From contig JBDRCT010000031.1 in the NCBI GenBank assembly GCA_043821445.1, forward strand, positions 116,871 through 180,870: a DNA stretch of 64,000 nt, given 5' to 3'. Positions 10,756-21,039 of this stretch are shown here, piece after piece (positions within the stretch are counted from its first letter, which is position 1; each line of letters starts with the position of its first letter). Position numbers and translations under genes: made by a program. Origin of the DNA: Candidatus Omnitrophota bacterium. GTDB taxonomy: Bacteria; Omnitrophota; Omnitrophia; Omnitrophales; Aquincolibacteriaceae. Below the pieces are notes generated by a model. It had not been told where the DNA came from. It did not search any database and worked only from the letters and a program-made list of their open reading frames with translations.

Positions 10756-11835
10756 ATGTGCTGGTCTAAGCAATTCATCCACATCGACATGGACGCGTTT
10801 TTTGCGGCGGTGGAGCAGCGTGACCGCCCGGAACTCAAAGGCCAGCCCGTGATCGTGGGCGGGAACCCGCAAAGCCGGAGCGTCGTGAGCACCTGTTCTT
10901 ATGAGGCCAGAAAATTCGGCATTCACTCCGCCATGCCGACCGCTCAAGCAAAACGTCTTTGCCCCCACGGCGTTTTCCTCTATCCCGATTTTGAAAAATA
11001 CAGCGCTGCTTCCAGATCCATTATGTCGATCTTTCACACCTACACGTCTCGGGTGGAACAGGTATCGCTGGATGAAGCCTACCTCGATGTCACCGAGAAC
11101 AAACTCAAGCTCGAAGATCCCGTGAAGCTTGCAACGCTGATCAAACAGCACATTTTTGCCGTGACGAAGCTCACCGCATCCGCCGGCGTAGCGCCCGCCA
11201 TGTTCCTGGCGAAGATCGCCTCTGATATGAAAAAACCGGACGGCCTGACGGTGGTCGTTCCGGACAAGGTCCTGGAATTCCTGAAAGATCTTCCGGTCCG
11301 GAAGATCCCGGGGGTCGGCCCTCGCACCGAAGAGATCCTTCACGGCATGACACTCCGGACGTGCGGGGATATCTGGGGCGTGCAGCCGCAAGATCTCACG
11401 GTGAAATTGGGGAAATGGGGACTGGAACTTTTCCATAAGGCGCGGGGAGAGGAGAACCGGGAAGTGAATCCTCATTGGGAGCGGACACAGTTGAGCGCCG
11501 AGGAAACGTTCCCGAAGGACATAACGGACCTGCCACGGCTTAAACAAAAGCTTGCGCAGCTCGCGGAGCATGTTTTTTATGATCTGAAGCAGGAAGGGCG
11601 CTTTGGAAGGACCGTCGTGTTCAAGGTGAAATACCATGATTTTGAGCAGATCACGCGATCCAAAACGCTTACCGCACCGCCCCAGGATTGGCATGTTCTT
11701 CACGAGATCGCCTGCGATCTTTTGAAGAAAAAAACCCTTGCCGGAAGAAAGTCCATCCGTTTGCTAGGGCTCGGCATGAGCGGGCTAGGCGTCAAAAACG
11801 AGTTCCCGGTTTCGACACAGGGAGAACTGTTTTGA
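10756..11835 (+). CDS. dinB: DNA polymerase IV
   Basis: HIDMDAFFAAVE, CSYEARKFG, SLDEAYLD, AKIASDMKKPDG, IRLLGLG, C-terminal clamp-binding-like QGELF. Confidence 0.97.
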   Translation: MCWSKQFIHIDMDAFFAAVEQRDRPELKGQPVIVGGNPQSRSVVSTCSYEARKFGIHSAMPTAQAKRLCPHGVFLYPDFEKYSAASRSIMSIFHTYTSRVEQVSLDEAYLDVTENKLKLEDPVKLATLIKQHIFAVTKLTASAGVAPAMFLAKIASDMKKPDGLTVVVPDKVLEFLKDLPVRKIPGVGPRTEEILHGMTLRTCGDIWGVQPQDLTVKLGKWGLELFHKARGEENREVNPHWERTQLSAEETFPKDITDLPRLKQKLAQLAEHVFYDLKQEGRFGRTVVFKVKYHDFEQITRSKTLTAPPQDWHVLHEIACDLLKKKTLAGRKSIRLLGLGMSGLGVKNEFPVSTQGELF

Positions 11836-12086
11836 AAAATTTCGGGCAATTCCTCGTTCGCCTTCCAGAAGACAACAGGAAGGAATGCCGGAAGGGTTTC
11901 GAAGAGGACTCGAAATTTTTGGAATTTAATTTCGACCTTCAATGGAAAAAAAGTATAGTAAACTATACGCATGGTTCAACCGTTCCCAATCTTTAAGCGA
12001 GAGATCACATGAATCTTCCCGTCCTCATACCTGCTTATAATCCGACAAAGATCTTGTCGGAATTGGTGCAGGCCCTTATCCGGCAG
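11681..12086 (+). repeat. Direct repeat copy 1 (dinB 3' end + promoter + GT2 5' end)
   Basis: Aligns to 14572-14912 apart from an extra ~85-bp hairpin at 11835-11920. Confidence 0.92.
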
Positions 12087-13085
12087 GGCTTTCAAAATAT
12101 CGTGGTCGTCGATGATGGAAGCGAGTCCGAATGTGCTTTTGTGTTCAGGGAAATAGAACAATGTCCGGAATGCACCGTATTGCGGCATGCCGTCAATCTT
12201 GGGAAAGGGGCGGCCTTAAAGACCGGTTTGAATCATATCTATTGTTCGTTCCCGGATCGGGCCGGGGCCATTACCCTTGATGCGGACGGCCAGCATTTGA
12301 TCGGTGACGTTCTCCGAGTGGAAGGTGCTTTAATGCTGCATCCTGAGAAATTGATCGTGGGAGCGAGGAAGTTCGATCAAGGCGTGCCTCTCCGAAGCAG
12401 GGTCGGGAATTTCATCACCAAAAATCTATTTTGCCTCTTGCTCGGGAAACGGCTGATGGACACACAAAGCGGATTGCGCGGGATCCCGATGGACTTCATC
12501 CCGCAACTTTTAAAGATCGGTTCGAATAGCTACGAGTTCGAGCTCGACATGCTTTTGGCATGCAAATATGCCGGCCGTCCCATCTTCGAGGAAGTCATAC
12601 AAACGGTGTATCTGGAGGGGAACAAGTCCTCTCACTTTAATCCCCTGATCGACTCGATGAAGATCTACTTCGCGCTCTTCCGGTTCGCATTGGCATCGCT
12701 CCTTGCGGCTTTGATCGACAACGTGATATTTTTTTTGGCATACGGCTCGAGTTTGAACATTGCCACAAGCCAGATCACGGGACGCGTGTTAAGCGCGACC
12801 TGCAATTATTTATTGGTCAAGAAGGCCGTTTTTTATTCTAAAAAACCTGTCGCGAAGACGCTCCCTGAATATTTTTTGCTCGTTTGTATTTCGGGGGCCG
12901 TCTCCTATTTCATGATCAAGACCATCACGGCTTATTTTCCGGTCCCGGTGATCGCGGCAAAGATCTTTTCCGAGACGGTCATTTTTTTGGCGAATTTCAC
13001 GATCCAGCGTGATTTTATATTTACCCAGGCCGCTCAAAGCAAAAGTGACCGGTTCAAATCTGAGGTCGACACTCAGCATGCATGA
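12009..13085 (+). CDS. GT2 polyprenyl-phosphate glycosyltransferase (DPM/GtrB-like) fused to a GtrA flippase domain
   Basis: LIPAYNP, VVDDGS, NLGKGAALK, LDADGQH, DTQSGLRG, YEFELDML, SSHFNP; C-terminal 4-TM GtrA-like domain. Confidence 0.9.
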   Translation: MNLPVLIPAYNPTKILSELVQALIRQGFQNIVVVDDGSESECAFVFREIEQCPECTVLRHAVNLGKGAALKTGLNHIYCSFPDRAGAITLDADGQHLIGDVLRVEGALMLHPEKLIVGARKFDQGVPLRSRVGNFITKNLFCLLLGKRLMDTQSGLRGIPMDFIPQLLKIGSNSYEFELDMLLACKYAGRPIFEEVIQTVYLEGNKSSHFNPLIDSMKIYFALFRFALASLLAALIDNVIFFLAYGSSLNIATSQITGRVLSATCNYLLVKKAVFYSKKPVAKTLPEYFLLVCISGAVSYFMIKTITAYFPVPVIAAKIFSETVIFLANFTIQRDFIFTQAAQSKSDRFKSEVDTQHA

Positions 13086-14550
13086 GGAGACAAAGGAAAC
13101 GCTCAAAAAAACGGGCCTAAAGGCCTTTTTGCCTGGCAGTGAAATATTCCTGATCAATCCCTACATTACGAGTGCTGAGCGTTACGGGAAGGATATCGGC
13201 GATATGGGGGGGCATCAGATGCCTCTCGGAATCTACTATTTGGCGGCCCGTCTTTTACGGGATGGCAAGAAGGTAGAAGTGATCGACGCCGAGTCGCTCA
13301 GGATGCCCCATGATGAAGTGATTTTTTTTCTTAAAAAAGCTTCTCCCAAGATCATCGGCATCACTTCCACGAGCGTGGCATTTCGCAATGCCCGCTCTCT
13401 GGCGCAAATGATCCGCAAGGAGCTTCCCGGCATCGTCATCATTATCGGGGGACCCCATATGACTGCAATGCCCGATGCCACGATGCAATGCGGGGCTTTT
13501 GATTATGGGGTGGTCAGGGAAGGTGAGGCGGCTTTTTCCAAGCTTGTCAGATTTATTTTGGATCACGAGGGTTCTCTCGAAGGCATCCCCAATCTGTACT
13601 ATTTTGAGCATGCAACACTCCGGAGCAATTCCGAAGCTCCACCCATCCAAGACCTCGATGTCATCCCTTTTCCGGCAAGACAACTTTGCCGGGATCTCTC
13701 TTTATACAAACCCCCCGTGGGTGCTTTCCGTCTTCTGCCCGTGGTCAGCATGATCACCAGCCGGGGATGCCCCTATGAATGTATCTTTTGTGACAATAAT
13801 ACATTCGGACGCAGGACGCGCTTTCACTCCGCGGAGTATGTGGCGGCCGAGATCAAGGAATTGGTTCAAAAATATCATGCCAGGGAAATCGCCTTTTTGG
13901 ACGACACTTTCGTCTTGGATAAAAATAGATTGCGCCGGATCTTTAAAATATTGGACAAAGACAACTTTCATTTGAAGTGGACTTGTATGACGAGGGTCAA
14001 CAATCTGGATTTCGAACTTCTCAAGTTCATGAGGGATCATGGCTGTTGGCAGATCCGGATCGGGATCGAAAGCGGCAATCAGGGAGTGCTTGATTTTATC
14101 AAAAAGGGGATCACCCTGGGGCAAGTGAGGGATGTGGCGGGCTGGTGTAAGGAACTTAAAGTATGCGTCTCGGGATTTTTTATGATCGGGCACCACATCG
14201 ATACGCCCAAGACCATTCAAGAAACCATCGAATTGGCGGTGAAGCTGCCCTTGACCGATGTGATCGCGACCCTCCATACGCCGATTCCGGGGACTGAGTC
14301 CTACAAGCGGGCCAAAGAGTACGGGACTTATGAGGAGGGGGACTGGACCGCGCTCAATTATTGGACGCCCTGCTTTGTCCCTAAGGGCTTGACCCAAGCC
14401 TACATGCTCGCCAAACAGTCCGAACTTTATCGAAGATTTTATCTTCGCCCGGGTGTTTTGTTGCGCCAAGTAGGGAAGATCCGGTCGCTCGCGATCCTGC
14501 GGAGTTTTTTAAGAAGCGCATTTCTGGGTCTGATGTTCACCAAAAAATAA
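13078..14550 (+). CDS. Cobalamin-binding radical SAM protein 1
   Basis: PLGIYYLAA, IIGGPH, GEGE-like REGE, TSRGCPYECIFC, FLDDTF, GIESGN; ATG 13078 overlaps the upstream stop. Confidence 0.9.
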   Translation: MHEETKETLKKTGLKAFLPGSEIFLINPYITSAERYGKDIGDMGGHQMPLGIYYLAARLLRDGKKVEVIDAESLRMPHDEVIFFLKKASPKIIGITSTSVAFRNARSLAQMIRKELPGIVIIIGGPHMTAMPDATMQCGAFDYGVVREGEAAFSKLVRFILDHEGSLEGIPNLYYFEHATLRSNSEAPPIQDLDVIPFPARQLCRDLSLYKPPVGAFRLLPVVSMITSRGCPYECIFCDNNTFGRRTRFHSAEYVAAEIKELVQKYHAREIAFLDDTFVLDKNRLRRIFKILDKDNFHLKWTCMTRVNNLDFELLKFMRDHGCWQIRIGIESGNQGVLDFIKKGITLGQVRDVAGWCKELKVCVSGFFMIGHHIDTPKTIQETIELAVKLPLTDVIATLHTPIPGTESYKRAKEYGTYEEGDWTALNYWTPCFVPKGLTQAYMLAKQSELYRRFYLRPGVLLRQVGKIRSLAILRSFLRSAFLGLMFTKK

Positions 14551-14571
14551 TTCTACCGGTATGTTTTTTCA

Positions 14572-14912
14572 CCCAGGATTGGCACGTTCTTCACGAGCTC
14601 GCCTGCGATCTTTTAAAGAAAAAACCCCTCGCCGGAAGAAAGCCCATCCGTTTGTTGGGGCTCGGCATGAGCGGGCTAGGCGCCAAAAACGAGCTCTCGG
14701 TTTCGACGCAAGGGGAACTGTTCTAACAAATTTTATTCAAAATGTTGGAATTTAATTTCAGCCTTCAACAGAAAAAAAGTATAGTAAACTATGCGCATGG
14801 CTCAGCCATTTCCATTCTTTAAGCGAAAGATCCTATGAATCCTTCTGTCCTCATACGTGCTTATAATCCGACAAAGATCCCGGCAGAGTTGGTGCGATCC
14901 TCTATCCGACGG
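14572..14912 (+). pseudogene. Direct repeat copy 2: dinB 3' remnant (14572-14726), promoter copy, GT2 5' remnant (14835-~14912)
   Basis: Translates QDWHVLHELACDLLKKKPLAGRKPIRLLGLGMSGLGAKNELSVSTQGELF* and MNPSVLIRAYNPTKIPAELV. Confidence 0.9.
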
Positions 14913-15010
14913 AAGACCGTCGAATTATTTGTCAGCCATTTTAAATTCTTTGGGTTTCAAAACGAAAAGTTGTCGCAGCCAAGACCGGCTATGAAAAAGG
15001 ATGGGAGCTA

Positions 15011-16465
15011 ATGCGAATCGCTTTTATCAACCCGCCCTATCTGCATATCTACGGAAAAATTGCAACCGGCAAGCACTGTTCTTTTCCGCTAGGCTTAGGA
15101 TATATGGCCTCTTATGTTCGTGAGCATGGACATACTCCTGCGATTTTTGATATCGAAGCGATGCCCTATCCTTTTGCTGAAACATGGCAGCAAATACTCC
15201 GTTTTAAACCTGATCTTCTCGCGATCACCTCCGTTACCGCAAATTTTACCCAGGCAAAGTTCTTAGCCGAAAAGGCTAAAACTGAGATAGGCTGCCTTGT
15301 CATTATGGGGGGACCTCATGTTGCGGCGCTGCCGGAGGCCACTCTTCAGGCGGTGACCGGACTGGATGCAGTCATTACCGGGGAGGGAGAAGAACCATTG
15401 CGAATTCTGGCGGATCAATTCGATGCGACCGGTAAGGTCGACTTCGCTTCTGTCCCAAGCACGTGTTTCATCGCTCATGGCAAATTTCAACGGTCAGCCC
15501 GGCTGAGTTTGATAGAGAATCTCGATTGCATTCCCTATCCGGCCAGAGATCTTGTGGACATGTCATGGTATAGTTTGCCGCCTCATTTTCAACGCGGGAA
15601 AAAATCCGCCACTATTCTTTCTAGTCGCGGCTGTCCCTCTAAGTGCACTTTTTGCGGCAATCTTATTCATGGAAGAAATTTCCGTTTCAACAGTCCCGAT
15701 TATTTCGTATCTGAGCTTCAAATGCTTCGAGATAAATATGGCATACGGCACTTCCATGTTGTCGATGACTGCTTTTCAGCGGATCCGGAGCGGGTCCAGG
15801 CCATTTGCCGATTGATTCTTGATAGAAAGCTGACCGATATCACCTGGTTCATTTTTGGCCGGGCGGACACGCTTCAAGATGAAAAATTGATAACTAGCAT
15901 GCGTCGCGCCGGATGTGTTTATATTCTATTGGGAGTGGAAAGCGGTTCCGAGCACGTATTGGAAAAAATGCGCAAAGAGACGTCTCTTGATACCGTGAGA
16001 ACATGTTGCAAGCTTCTGCGCAAACATCGAATAGCCTACTTCAACTCTTTTATGATCGGGAATGTCGGGGAAACGGAAGAGGATGTCATGAAGAGCATCG
16101 CCTTTGCAAAGGAATTGAAATCTGTTATGGCTGGGTTCAGCATTATGACGCCGTTCCCGGGAACCCACATATTTAATAAGTTCTACAGCGATCTTGCGAA
16201 TAAGGATACCCATTGGGACAACTTCACTTCTGTTGCATCGAAAATCGCTTTCACTGTAAAACATACTTCCTTGAACAATTCTGATATTGAACGTTTAACG
16301 GCACTGGCATACAAAAAATTTTATTGCGACCTGTCCCAAATATTGAGACTTCTAAGTTTTATCAATAGCCCCAGAACATTCATAAGATACATAGGGGGCG
16401 GATTAGGGGTCTTGCGGTATTATCTTCAGTTGAAACGTCAATCGAAAAGCGCAAATCCTGGTTAG
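15011..16465 (+). CDS. Cobalamin-binding radical SAM protein 2
   Basis: FINPP, PLGLGYMAS, MGGPH, GEGE, SSRGCPSKCTFC, GVESGS, TPFPGT. Confidence 0.92.
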   Translation: MRIAFINPPYLHIYGKIATGKHCSFPLGLGYMASYVREHGHTPAIFDIEAMPYPFAETWQQILRFKPDLLAITSVTANFTQAKFLAEKAKTEIGCLVIMGGPHVAALPEATLQAVTGLDAVITGEGEEPLRILADQFDATGKVDFASVPSTCFIAHGKFQRSARLSLIENLDCIPYPARDLVDMSWYSLPPHFQRGKKSATILSSRGCPSKCTFCGNLIHGRNFRFNSPDYFVSELQMLRDKYGIRHFHVVDDCFSADPERVQAICRLILDRKLTDITWFIFGRADTLQDEKLITSMRRAGCVYILLGVESGSEHVLEKMRKETSLDTVRTCCKLLRKHRIAYFNSFMIGNVGETEEDVMKSIAFAKELKSVMAGFSIMTPFPGTHIFNKFYSDLANKDTHWDNFTSVASKIAFTVKHTSLNNSDIERLTALAYKKFYCDLSQILRLLSFINSPRTFIRYIGGGLGVLRYYLQLKRQSKSANPG

Positions 16466-16493
16466 CCATTTATCCAATCGATAAAGACCCGTT

Positions 16494-17396
16494 ATGAAAT
16501 TTCAAAAACAACAGCAATTATGTCCGGTGTGCGGTTCTGAAGGCTTTGATGTGGTTCTTTCTCCTTGGGCGGAAGAGGCCGACCCCGCTCAGTTGTATGG
16601 CGCGGCATCAGGGATGCCCGGAACGCAACAACTTGTGAAATGCTTGGCGTGCGGCATGATCTATGAAAACCCGCGTTATGATGCGAACGTCATTATTCAG
16701 GGATATACAGCATCGCAAGAGGCGGAACATGATAGCCAGTACCCCATGCGTGTTCGCAGTTTTTTTAAAACACTTCAAAAGCACATGGGAAAAATTCCTT
16801 CAAAAGGATCCAAAGTGTTGGATATTGGAACTGCGGGCGGTGCTTTTCTCGATGCAGCCAAGCAATTCGGATATAACGCCTATGGTATGGAGCCCTCAGC
16901 GGACTTGGTGAAACGCGGCCGCGCGCGTGGATTACAAGTAGAACAGGGGACGATTGAAAAACATAATTTCCTTCCCGGCTCTTTTGACATGGTTTGCCTG
17001 TGGGATGTTATTGAGCATTTGCCCGATCCAAAATCGGCGCTCATCGAGATTAGAAAATTATTGAAACCCAATGGCATTTTACTAGTCAATTTTCCTGATA
17101 TAGGGACTTTGCAAGCCAGGCTAGCTGGGAAGCGGTTCTGGTGGCTTCTGTCCGTTCATCTGCATCATTTCACACGCAAGTCCATGGCCGATATTTTTAA
17201 GCGAACCGGGTTTGAAGCTTTTCATTTCCAGCGCTATTGGCAAATTCTAGAGTTTGGCTATCTGGAAAAAATGGCAGCCCGTTACAAAATACCGTTCGCG
17301 GAGTTGATAGCTAACTTGACCCCAGGATCCATCCAAAGGATCCCGATCCCGTATTACGCGAGTCAAACAACAGCCCTTGCACGGATTTCAAAATGA
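16494..17396 (+). CDS. Class I SAM-dependent methyltransferase with N-terminal Zn-ribbon
   Basis: CPVC...CLAC, VLDIGTAGG, WDVIEHLPDP, LKPNG, HLHHF. Confidence 0.9.
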   Translation: MKFQKQQQLCPVCGSEGFDVVLSPWAEEADPAQLYGAASGMPGTQQLVKCLACGMIYENPRYDANVIIQGYTASQEAEHDSQYPMRVRSFFKTLQKHMGKIPSKGSKVLDIGTAGGAFLDAAKQFGYNAYGMEPSADLVKRGRARGLQVEQGTIEKHNFLPGSFDMVCLWDVIEHLPDPKSALIEIRKLLKPNGILLVNFPDIGTLQARLAGKRFWWLLSVHLHHFTRKSMADIFKRTGFEAFHFQRYWQILEFGYLEKMAARYKIPFAELIANLTPGSIQRIPIPYYASQTTALARISK

Positions 17397-18802
17397 CCAC
17401 TTACATTCTTGGGGCGGGGCCGACTGGTTTGGCGGTTGCGGACGGCTTGATCGATGTTAGCGCGGGCGATTTCGTGGTTTTGGAACAAGGCGCTAAATTG
17501 GGGGGGCAGGCCCGAACTGTTCGATGGGAAGGGGTGGGTCATCACGATCTTGGACCGCACAAGATTTTTTCTCTTAATAAACATTTAACCCACCGGGTCG
17601 AGGCTCTTCTCCCTGGATCTGACTGGTTAACGAGAGACAAAGTTAGCAGTATTTTTATGAGGGGACATTATTTGCCGTATCCCCCATCTCCATTCTCCCT
17701 TGCCGGTGTTTTTGGACTAGCGGCATTTCTGAAGATGGTTGCCGGTTATGGATTTGCGCGCATGGGTAGTTTGTTCAGTTCGCGCAAGTCCGCAACATTT
17801 GCGGAAGATCTGGTCACCCGCTTGGGGAGGCCGCTTTATGAGATTTTGTTTAAACCCATTGCCGAAAAATTATGGGGCGAGCCTAAGAGCTTGGATGTAA
17901 AATTGTCCAGAGGAAGAGTCCAAACCCCATCGCTTTTGGAGCTGCTTGGCCGGCTATTGAAGATCAAAAAAAACAGCGAATTTGAAGCATTGACGTTCCG
18001 CTATCCCAAGGGAGGATTGGGACGATTGTGGGAGGCTATTCAGACAAAGGCGCAAGGTCGCGGAAGGTTTCTTCTGGAACACACTGTCACAGGGCTTGGT
18101 GTGGAGGCTAACCGTGTCCGGCAGATCAGATTCTCTTCGAAAGAGATCAATGGAGTGATCGATTTAGCTCCGGAGGATCAGGTGGTTTCGACTTTGCCGC
18201 TGGCGCAAACGGCGCAGTTTTTATCTCAGGTATTGCCGCCCCATTTTCCGAAGTTGGTAGAAAATGTTATTGTCTTGAACGATCTGCTGCTAGTGTTCCT
18301 GCACATCGATAAGCCCAGTTTATTGCGTGAGTCTTGGCTGTTTATCCCGGATCCAGAAATCGCGTTCCATCGCTTGAGCGAACAAGAATCTTTTGATCCG
18401 GCGATGACCCCCAACGGTAGTATTGTGTGTTGCGAAATGATGAGCAGCGCTTGCCGCCCACTGGCTGGAAAAACTGATGAAGAGTTGTCTGCGCTTGCTC
18501 TTGAGGGGCTCGCGGCCATGGGTTACGGTGATTTTAAAGTGTTGGGCAAGAGAGTTCTTAGGTTGCCAAAGAGTTACCCGGTATTTCGCACCGGTTTTGA
18601 GGTCGGTTTGTCCGAACTTATCAACGCTCTAGATCAGTTCAAAAATTTTCATTCCATTGGAAGGCAAGGTGCATTTAATTACATAGGGACCCTTGATGCT
18701 ATGGACATTGGATACGGATTTGCTGACTGGCTCGCGAATGGTAGAAGTCGTCCTTGGCAGGACGAGCGCAAGAGAACCAATCACTATCCAGTGCTGGATT
18801 GA
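17393..18802 (+). CDS. FAD-dependent oxidoreductase (protoporphyrinogen oxidase/UDP-galactopyranose mutase-like)
   Basis: ILGAGPTGL, LGG, DLGPHKIF, FRYPKGG, STLPL, SYPV, GRQGAFNY. Confidence 0.85.
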   Translation: MTTYILGAGPTGLAVADGLIDVSAGDFVVLEQGAKLGGQARTVRWEGVGHHDLGPHKIFSLNKHLTHRVEALLPGSDWLTRDKVSSIFMRGHYLPYPPSPFSLAGVFGLAAFLKMVAGYGFARMGSLFSSRKSATFAEDLVTRLGRPLYEILFKPIAEKLWGEPKSLDVKLSRGRVQTPSLLELLGRLLKIKKNSEFEALTFRYPKGGLGRLWEAIQTKAQGRGRFLLEHTVTGLGVEANRVRQIRFSSKEINGVIDLAPEDQVVSTLPLAQTAQFLSQVLPPHFPKLVENVIVLNDLLLVFLHIDKPSLLRESWLFIPDPEIAFHRLSEQESFDPAMTPNGSIVCCEMMSSACRPLAGKTDEELSALALEGLAAMGYGDFKVLGKRVLRLPKSYPVFRTGFEVGLSELINALDQFKNFHSIGRQGAFNYIGTLDAMDIGYGFADWLANGRSRPWQDERKRTNHYPVLD

Positions 18803-18805
18803 ACC

Positions 18806-20317
18806 ATGCGATTAACGATGATCTCGCCGAGACTGGCTTTTCAAAAAGGAGATTTCCTGGGTTCCGGGGTCCCTTACTGGCCTTTGGAGTTGGCCACGCT
18901 TGCTGCCTACGCACTTCAGACGGGAGATACCGTTGCTTTTGTCGATCAGTTTGGTGCCAATCCGTCTCGACTCGCCGACGCAGGTGATCATTATCTCCAA
19001 GGGGAGCCCATTGATACCCCGGCGTGGCGTGAACGATTGGAGCAGGCGGAGGCATTTGTCTTGTACGCTATCTCCTATATGTCACACGGAGACTTACTTG
19101 TGACAATCCGATGGCTTAAAGATTCATTTCCTGAAAGACCAGTAGCCGTTCTGGAGAATTCTCAAGCAGTCACCGCTTACTCACTGGAGTGCATGGCACC
19201 CTCCTTTTTTGATGCGGGGGCGGATCTGCTGATCTGCGGGGAGCCCTACTTCAACTGGGCCGCGATCAAAAGACAATTAACGGAAAAGGGCCACGATCCA
19301 TCGATAGTTCCTAACGTCATCACGCGAGAATCTCGCGTCTCACCCCGCCGGTTCAATGAAAAACTAGACCGCTATCCAATTCCGGCATGGGATCTCATGA
19401 ATTTAGATGGATATTGGCGATTGCCCTATGCTCATGGTCCCAAAACGCGCAAATTCCTGCCGATCCTCACATCCCGGGGTTGTCCCTATCCTTGCGATTT
19501 TTGTGTTGTGCCTGAGACGAACGACAAACAGTGGCGGGGAAATGATCCCGAACAGGTTGTCGACGAGATGATCGCTCTGCGAGACCAATATGGTGTTCAT
19601 GACTTTCAGGTTGAGGATCTTAATCCTACCGTTCAACCCCATCGTTGGGAAAAAATTTGTGAACTTTTGATCAAGCGCAAAGCCGATATTCGGTTTTATT
19701 TTGTAAGCGGAACAAAAGCTGAAACTGTCCCTGTGGATAAAACAGCTCTGTTCGCAAAAGCCGGTTGCAGGTATCTATCCATCAGCCCGGAATCTGGCAG
19801 CAGCGATCTGATGCAAGTCATGGGGAAGAGATTTGACTATTCCCGGGGTGTCGAATTAATTGCGGCGTGTAAAGCCTGTGGCATTCGGACGCAAGCCTGT
19901 TTTTTGGTAGGGCATCCTAATGAAACGGAAAAAGATCTCGAACTTTCAAACAGCTACCTTTCACGCCTGGTCAAGGCGGGGTTAGATGAGGTCGCCGTTT
20001 TTGTTCTCGCACCCTTTGCAGGAAGTGAGCTCCATAGAAGAAAGAGCATCATTTTGAAAGATCAAAACACTCTCATCAGCTTTTCGCCGAAAGGACGGGC
20101 TGATTACGAAATGTTATCGCGTAGCAGGAGGATGCTTGTGCGAACTTTTCTCATCCAAAAATTAAAATATAACGGGATCGAATTGTGCTTGCAGGGATTG
20201 CGAGCGATTTTGGGTGTCCCAGAAACCAAGGTCGAAAATTTGCCCCGGCGGATGGTCTTTATTTACTGGCAGGTGCTGAAGCTAGCCGTGGCCAAAAAGT
20301 CAGGTCCTCGATCATGA
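18806..20317 (+). CDS. Cobalamin-type radical SAM protein 3 (divergent)
   Basis: TSRGCPYPCDFC, VEDLN, PESGS, FLVGHPNET, APFAGS; N-terminal B12-type domain lacks GGPH. Confidence 0.85.
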   Translation: MRLTMISPRLAFQKGDFLGSGVPYWPLELATLAAYALQTGDTVAFVDQFGANPSRLADAGDHYLQGEPIDTPAWRERLEQAEAFVLYAISYMSHGDLLVTIRWLKDSFPERPVAVLENSQAVTAYSLECMAPSFFDAGADLLICGEPYFNWAAIKRQLTEKGHDPSIVPNVITRESRVSPRRFNEKLDRYPIPAWDLMNLDGYWRLPYAHGPKTRKFLPILTSRGCPYPCDFCVVPETNDKQWRGNDPEQVVDEMIALRDQYGVHDFQVEDLNPTVQPHRWEKICELLIKRKADIRFYFVSGTKAETVPVDKTALFAKAGCRYLSISPESGSSDLMQVMGKRFDYSRGVELIAACKACGIRTQACFLVGHPNETEKDLELSNSYLSRLVKAGLDEVAVFVLAPFAGSELHRRKSIILKDQNTLISFSPKGRADYEMLSRSRRMLVRTFLIQKLKYNGIELCLQGLRAILGVPETKVENLPRRMVFIYWQVLKLAVAKKSGPRS

Positions 20318-21024
20318 ACTCACGGCGTGTGTTGATCATCATTCCTTGTTATAACGAGCAAGTGTCGGTTGCGTTGCTTTTGAAGGAAATTGCAGATTGC
20401 CGGCAAGGCTATGAAACGATCGTTATCGATGACGGTTCGCAAGATGCGACCTATCAAACAGCCCGTCAATTTTCACCTGCCGTGAAATTGCCGAGAAATC
20501 TTGGGATCGGGGGCGCAGTGCAAACGGGGATCAAATATGCTCGCAACCAAGGTTTTGATTTTTGCATTCAGCTGGATGGCGACGCCCAACACGATCCTCA
20601 TGAGATCCCGAAGCTTCTGCAGGCTTATCAGGAAATGCCTCACCCGATCATTATAGGCAGCCGCTATTTACAAAAGGATACATTTCGTTCGACTTGGGTG
20701 CGTAGATTCGGCGGAAAGATCATTGCAAAGGTAATGAGCTTATTATTTCCTGGAGGCACTATTACTGACCCCACAAGCGGTATGCGGTTAATGGATCGAA
20801 ATGCGATCGAATTTTTTTCAAAGCGCTATCCCCATGATTTTCCGGAGCCGATCTCTTTAGCATGGGCGCTCCGGGTGGGGTTTACGGTGGGTGAAGTCCA
20901 AGTCAAAATGCGTATGCGTACGCATGGAAAAAGTTCGATCGTGGGTCTGAAGCCCATAAGCTATATGTTCCGGGTCCTGGGGTATGTTATTCTAGCCCGG
21001 TTTTTGCGCATTTCAGCATTTTAA
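20314..21024 (+). CDS. GT2 polyprenyl-phosphate glycosyltransferase (DPM1-like)
   Basis: IIPCYNE, IDDGS, NLGIGGAVQTG, LDGDAQH, GSRY, DPTSG; ATGA overlap at 20314. Confidence 0.9.
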   Translation: MNSRRVLIIIPCYNEQVSVALLLKEIADCRQGYETIVIDDGSQDATYQTARQFSPAVKLPRNLGIGGAVQTGIKYARNQGFDFCIQLDGDAQHDPHEIPKLLQAYQEMPHPIIIGSRYLQKDTFRSTWVRRFGGKIIAKVMSLLFPGGTITDPTSGMRLMDRNAIEFFSKRYPHDFPEPISLAWALRVGFTVGEVQVKMRMRTHGKSSIVGLKPISYMFRVLGYVILARFLRISAF

Positions 21025-21039
21025 CAGGAGGTTGTTCCT

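Noticed and set aside
14561-14755. 64-aa ORF
   Set aside because: Out-of-frame reading of the duplicated dinB 3' fragment
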